From the NCBI RefSeq assembly GCF_009914755.1, contig NC_060926.1: a stretch of 64,000 nucleotides of DNA; one strand, given 5' to 3'. Origin of the DNA: the human T2T-CHM13v2.0 reference genome, Homo sapiens. A program made the translations under genes and the position numbers. The notes beneath the pieces were generated by a model. The model saw only the letters and a list, made by a program, of their open reading frames with translations, was not told the DNA's origin and ran no database searches. The stretch's first letter is position 1; every line of letters starts with the position of its first letter. Shown here piece by piece: positions 57,288 to 64,000 of the stretch.

Positions 57288-58284
57288 TTAACCTCTTCAG
57301 GGTACTATTCACAACGTTACATGCTTTTATACTTTTTGTCATTTAATCTTCAAATTCAGGTTCCTTTGTATTGTGTCTTTCCATCCCCATTTTCCAAATA
57401 CAGAACTGAAGAAGAGACGTGTTAGTAGCTTGTCTTAGGTAAGTTACCCATTGACAGGCCAAAAAATTTATTTCAAGCCTGTCCTTGGAGACCCCATTGC
57501 TGCATCTCAAAATATTCACGGTTACCTTGAGCAAGCCACTTAACTACTCCAACCTTTTGTTTCTCAACTTATAAATTGGTAATAATAATATCTGATCTGA
57601 AGCTAGAATGAAATGAGGTCATTCAAGAAAGAATGAAATCATGAAGGAAACAGTTAATATTATTATCAGATACAGAAGTTGTTAACAACAAATCTTGTCA
57701 TCTCATCTTGTATGAGAGAGAGAAGGCAACAAGATGTGCCTCCGAAAACTTGAGAGTATCCTTCAGATTCTCCTACAAGAAAACTGCTGATGATGGAAGA
57801 ACTCCACCTTCCATGAATCTGCTGCTGATTTAGGCATTAACGATGTGACTCAGGCCTATGAAAGAGGAGCAAGAAGCACTAAGACAGAGAGGCATGGAAA
57901 TTCTCCCCTGGGCCCAGCACAATTGTATGGGATTTCCATGTGGATTTTAAGTCTCCTTTTATCTTCCATGACACATAAAGCATCTCCTGGACCTATCTCC
58001 TCTAAGACATGTAACCTGACCCACTAGATCACTATTTACCAAATTCCTAAAATCTGTGGTTAATTTGAAAAGAAAGTTATCTCGTGGTGGCACAATGGGA
58101 CACAATGCTAAAAAGTCTACATATAGCATTTATATATAGCTCAAAGCCAGAAATTGAGCTATATTGTATCAGCACAATTAAGTGGTTATTATAACTTTTT
58201 TTAATAAAAGAAAGGCAGGGAATATCACAGAAGTGTGTCTAGAAGACAGGAAGGGGTGTTGTGGGACGTCCCAGTGTTGGTAAT

Positions 58285-58706
<422 letters not shown>

Positions 58707-61370
58707 AACTTACTTTTCCTTGAAGAAATCTAAAAAGGTATTTATCCAATATTCACTGCTGCTTCTCTGCTTTCACCACCCCCAGGCACTAGGGAGAGCT
58801 CTGCATCTTCTTCTAAGGTCTCAGTAAGATCACCAAACAGGTTCCCTCTGTGTGTGCACAGTGAAATCCAGTGCCTTTGCCTGGACATGCACAACTGACA
58901 AAGAATAGCCCAGTCATGCCTCAGACGGTCCTGTCTCCAGGGAGCGAATGAAGGCAAACCTGTCTAGCCACTCCAGAAGACTTGCAAAACCCTGGGATCC
59001 TCCTGTAGCAGCGTCTAGAGGACTTGCCACTGGGGGCTGAAGGCTTCATTGGTCTTTTGCACCTCCCAGTTATCACTCTCCCATGGGAATCCTTCAGGTC
59101 CTGCTGCGGCAGGTGGGGTTTTGAGAAAGACGTTCATCTGGAGATTAGCCAGTACCCCAAGCATGTGCATACAGGTCAGGTGCTGTCTTCCAGCAATGGG
59201 TGGCTGGGAGACCAGATTATGTCAGCCTTCAGTGCCACATGCTGGGCCAGGTCCCGTGAAGCTCATCAGAACCATGTTTATCCACGCGATGTGGGGAAAA
59301 GGAAACTCAGTCTCACTTTCACAGCTTCTCCCACAGGTTTTGACAACACAGGAAATGGGAACATACGACATAACCGAAGTTACTTTTTCACTCAAAATAT
59401 CAAGGGTTGGTGGGGTAATCCTGATGAAATGTCTTCTTTCAGGCCCCATATCCTTCCTGGTCTTCAAAGTGCCAGTCATTTTTCAGTGATTCTTGTCCTC
59501 TGCCATCCTTTCCCTGCCCCACTGTCCCCAGAATCACAGGAAACTCAGCACAGCAAATTCCACTTGTATCCTCTTTTTTCATTCATCCTCAGCTCAAATT
59601 TCACCCCTATTATCTATACACAATCTGGACACAATCTTTGCTTCTAGTCTCACCACATATGAAATACAGCAATGCTTTCATCCCTGCAGAAATCTTGCCA
59701 TCTCCTTCTCATACTTCCATGTCATTGCCCACCCAGGCATGGCTCTCAGCTTGGAGTTCTATTCACCCTTATCTCCATGTTACAAATCTGGACCATCCTT
59801 CACACACATGTCAAATGCCAGCTTCTCTAAGATGACCTCTCAGATCCCCCAGATAAAAGTGGTCTTTCCTCCTTCTGCCCTCCAAGACTATAGTGTCTGT
59901 CTCCCTCATGCCACTTCCTTCTAGAAGAATGTGTTATAGTTGGTAGTTTAATTATTTTTATCTTCTATATTATAATATGCATTTCTGTTGGATAGGGAGC
60001 AAATCTGAACTTTGTGAAATGTTACATTGAACAGGTTGTTAGAAATCATCCTCTTATGTCCTGTCCACTAATAGATGAGAAGGCTGAGCTCTAAAGAGAG
60101 TATAGAGAGAGAACAAAAGCACAAGTGCTCCCTTCCCATTACTCATCAGTCTTCCTCTCCAGATCTCTGCATAGAAGACAAAGCATTGAACACATCATTT
60201 TGAACTTGTACGAGAACCCCGAGTGATTAACAAATTTCTATATGGGGTTTAGAATAAATGTCCTCTGTTCTGTACATATCACCCATTCCCCCATCAACAC
60301 ATATAGCACAAACACAAACAAGGCCAATTTCATTGCACCATCTAGGGTAATATTTTTGAATTTTAAATATCATTAAATCATCAATTGAGCACCTAGTTGT
60401 GCTAGTCACAGTATCTGTTGACTTTGGTTTATTAACCCATTCCCTCTTCCTGACAATTCAGCAATTAGAAGAATTATTTCTGTTTTATAGCTGAATAATC
60501 TGAAGTTTAGAAATACTAAACAAATAAGCAAAAATCAACTTACACATTCCATGAAACCCATCAATGTTTCAACTACTCCATTCATGAAAGCCGGTTTATT
60601 TTTACAGAATTAGGTGTATAAGAGATGCTAAATAATCGCAGCAAGGAAAATTTCAATATTTGTTGAAAAAGTAAATCAGATCAGCCTTCTCTGTGGTCTA
60701 CATGCACAACAACATCTGGATAAAGTTAACAACCATTTTCCCCTCAAGTCTTGGAAGGGGGACATGCAAATCTGCGAGAGGATCACTCTGACAAGCTAGA
60801 GAGTATGGTATCCTATCTATAAATGCAAATGTGACTCTTCTGGAGATGCTGAATCAGATCAGCAGTTAATGAAATGAAGGACATTTGGAAATGCAGAAAT
60901 GATGAGCATTACTTTGCTCAGAATATCATCATTAAGATCAATTTTTGGTTATTTATGCCTCTCTATTTCCTTCTTGGACTTCTCTGGAGTAATTCTCATT
61001 AACTATGTAATTGGTTGCTACGTCTCTTCTTAAGGTAGACAAGCAGACTGCTTCCTGGAAAGGCCATGATCCACTCATTCTTTCTATTCTTCAAGTTTTT
61101 GCCGATTTGGGGAGGTTGCGTCATTCCTATTTTAACTCAGATGGACACTCCATTGAAGAGAGAAAGCATTTGCTGCAAAGGGGAGGCTACTGCGTTGGAA
61201 AGAAAACTCATTTGACTTAGAATCAAAACACAAAGGAGACTGCATAGACTCTGGGTGACGGGCAAGTTGCTCGACATCTCTGAGCCTCGGCTTATTTGAC
61301 TTTAAAATAGATGTTATGACGCTGACCTCCAAGGATATTTTGAAGGAAATGCTGTGAACATTACGTAAAG

Positions 61371-61531
61371 CAGTGCTATCTAATATAAATATACAAGCCA
61401 CGAATGAAATCTTACATTTTCTAGTGGCTGAATTAATTTAAAACCAGCTAACTTGATTTTAATAATATACTTTATTTATTCTAATATATAGCCAAAATAT
61501 GATCACTTCAGTGTACAATCATGAAAATATT
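61371..61531 (+). mobile_element. MER3/MER33-like hAT fragment
   Basis: cagtgctatctaatataaat...aagccac...attttctagtggc...ccaaaatat. Confidence 0.55.
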
Positions 61532-62599
61532 AAGTTCCATTTCCAAGATCCTTCCAGAGGTGTCTGTTGTAATTGGTGGTGATCTGAATTTAGTGCTTTC
61601 TACAATCTTAGTGGCATTGTCACACAGAGGTTTGAGATTGAACTTCGACCAAGTCAACACAAAAAATGGATGCCCTCAATCTTCTGCCTTTTCCAGTGCG
61701 GCTGATCCCTTTCATGTTGACTCCAAATGTAATTGTGTTTCTCTCTTTTTCATCTGAAGGCCTCCCTGTGGTGGTTTTGACATTTTTTTCAGTTATGATT
61801 TCACTTAAAAGTAAAAACAAAACAAGTATACAACAAGAGAAAAACATCTAGGAAGAGCTGGAATTAGGCAACACCTTCTGAAGCACAGCAGCATGTGTGA
61901 CGGGAAAGGAAGGTAGACACTGGCAGGGAAATTATTCTGCAAACTTTACCTTGTGAGAAAAGTCCCCAAAACTTTTTTTTTCTTTTTTCTTTTTTTTGCC
62001 ACCCAGAAACAGCCTTGCAGGCAACAGGAATTCTTCTACATTTAGGCAAGAGATTAACCAGGTTTTTCTAATTAACGCTTCGCTATTGAAAAAATGTATT
62101 AACCTTTACAAGATTTTCTTCCAAAATATACAAAGAGAACCTGGTGGCTTTGGGGGAGGGTGACATAGTGATGGGGCATAAAGCACTTCCCACCAAGCTA
62201 GCAAATCACTGTTTCAGTCAGGAAGACAAGAGAGTTCCACGGCAGGCAGAAAACACTAACACAGTCCCAACATGGAGGTCAGACACACTGAAAAATCTCA
62301 AATTTTTTCTCAGATTTTAAAAAGTTGAGCTGCTTGATTTGGCGAATCCAAATTGCATTTGCTGTCTCTGTAAGGGTCATATGAAATGTTCAGCTCACTT
62401 TATTTTAAATTATGAATAGAGGACATAATGCTTTCTTCAAGAAATGAAGTAAATTTTAAATGAAAGACAACTTTCAAATCCAAATTATAGTCAAATTGAG
62501 ATGGGCAGTGGGGGAGGGCATGGGGGCAGATAGTAGAGAAAAGGAATGACCCAGGGACAGACAGACAGTAAGAAAGAGATAGCAGAAGGTGTTTTCGTA

Positions 62600-62875
62600 C
62601 ACATAGGTTTATATTTAATTATGTTTATTATTATTTGAATGCAGTATTTGCATTATGTGTTTCATACATGTTTATATTTATTATTTGTATGTATGTTTAC
62701 ATTTATATTTACACATGTATGTATATATTACATGTATATACATATGTGCATGTGTTTATATATGCATACATGCATGGGTATGCATGTATATACATGCATA
62801 CATATATGCATAAATATAAATATAAACATACATGCAAATAATAAACATGATTAAATATAAATATACACACATACC
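62600..62875. repeat. Degenerate (TA/TG/CA)n alternating purine-pyrimidine tract
   Basis: tatatgcatacatgcatg-type low complexity. Confidence 0.88.
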
Positions 62876-64000
62876 AACTTTTTTCAGCCTTCTAGAGGGA
62901 TAGAGGGATGGGTCTGTAAGGTAATAGGAGAGATTCAGGTTCAAAAACAGAGAATGCTGTTCTCACCTTCTCGCTGCCCAGAAGGCCCACGTTAATGCCC
63001 CTCTTTGCAAATTTCCACTCCCTTCAGGTCTCAGCAAAAGTTTCTTTCTGCATAAAATTTGCCTGATTTGCCCCCACTCCAAAATGGCTCCCTTGTCTAT
63101 CACCCTTATTATCTCATACACGAAAGTGGTTTCTTAACAGTTACCACATTCCATGGAAACAGACACTCTTCATAGCAAATTGCACTATTATTTTTTGTAA
63201 CCCTGAGAAAGAAAATCCCCACCAATTAAACTATGAAATAATGCTTTCTTATCTTTTAAAAGTAGTATTTTAAACTTACTGAAAGAGGCTTTAGACTTAT
63301 TTAGAGCTAGAAGAAATGACAAAAGGAATGGCTGTGGGTGACCATGTCCGTGATGGTGCAGGTCACCATAGCCACCTGACTGCTTGCATTTTTAAAAACA
63401 GCATTAATTGTAAGATTTTAATTTTAGACATATTAAAATGTAGATCAATATTGTCTCAAAATTGACAAAACGTGGTATTTTTCTGCTGTAATAAAATAGA
63501 TTCTGAGCTTCCTGAGAGTATGGTTAGCGTGTTTGTCATACATACTACAAATTTATCCCTACAGTTCCTTAAAAATGCTGCTTACAAGGCATCATGATGT
63601 AGTGGAAATCTAGGCTTTGGAGCCACTCACTATCTGAGTCCTTTAAGCAAAGTCTACTTAATAGTGCTAATATGTAGTTAGCTGAAACAATGTACCTACA
63701 TAATTTAATTCAACGCCTGTCACATGGTAGTCACTCAAAAATTATTAGCTTGTTGAAAAAACTGAATTGACAATAGAACTCAGCTGGGAGGGGGGAAATC
63801 ATCTTTCTTTTCACCCTTCTCCTGTCACCATGTCTTGATATTTCTGAGGCTGAGCTGCTGAAGAGCTTGTTCCCAAGGGCATGTAGAAGGATAATGGGGT
63901 AAATTAGTCAGGCTCGAGCAATCCCTAGATAAACTTTAAACCCAAGGCCACAGGTGCCTTGTGGCTCTTTTGATCTCATGGAAAGGAAGAACAGAATATG

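Noticed and set aside
59024-59647. Longest ORF (207 aa) as a CDS
   Set aside because: TTG start, no recognisable domain, and length compatible with chance in a GC-richer block.
61521-61757. VVIGGDLNLVL resembles the GD(F/L)N motif of LINE endonucleases
   Set aside because: Single short motif with no other endonuclease motifs nearby; probably chance.
63329-63374. Imperfect hairpin tggctgtgggtgacc / ggtcaccatagcca
   Set aside because: Short and imperfect; resembles hAT (MER81/MER94-type) TIR remnants or chance.

Overview
This is AT-rich primate (catarrhine, human-like) genomic DNA made mostly of interspersed repeats: Alu/FAM, L1 of several ages, L2, MaLR/ERV LTRs and DNA-transposon MITEs. No protein-coding gene can be supported; the listed ORFs are decayed L1 ORF2 pieces, Alu or simple-repeat read-throughs, or chance frames. 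The most notable structure is a ~10.4 kb inversion (about 14270-24680), reconstructed from a MER52-like LTR and its host MLT1 LTR, both split into opposite-orientation halves that still share a 4-bp target-site duplication (TSD, CTTC). Other points of interest are a perfect 30-bp-arm palindrome followed by a second hairpin at 33331-33499 (candidate de novo pre-miRNA or template-switch product), a U6 snRNA-L1 chimeric retrocopy inside a Tigger2 MITE, and atypical L1 insertions. There are also recent tandem duplications and some minus-strand exon-like segments that may belong to a spliced non-coding transcript. Repeat family names are recognised from memory of consensus sequences and need RepeatMasker/Dfam confirmation; most repeat boundaries are approximate.
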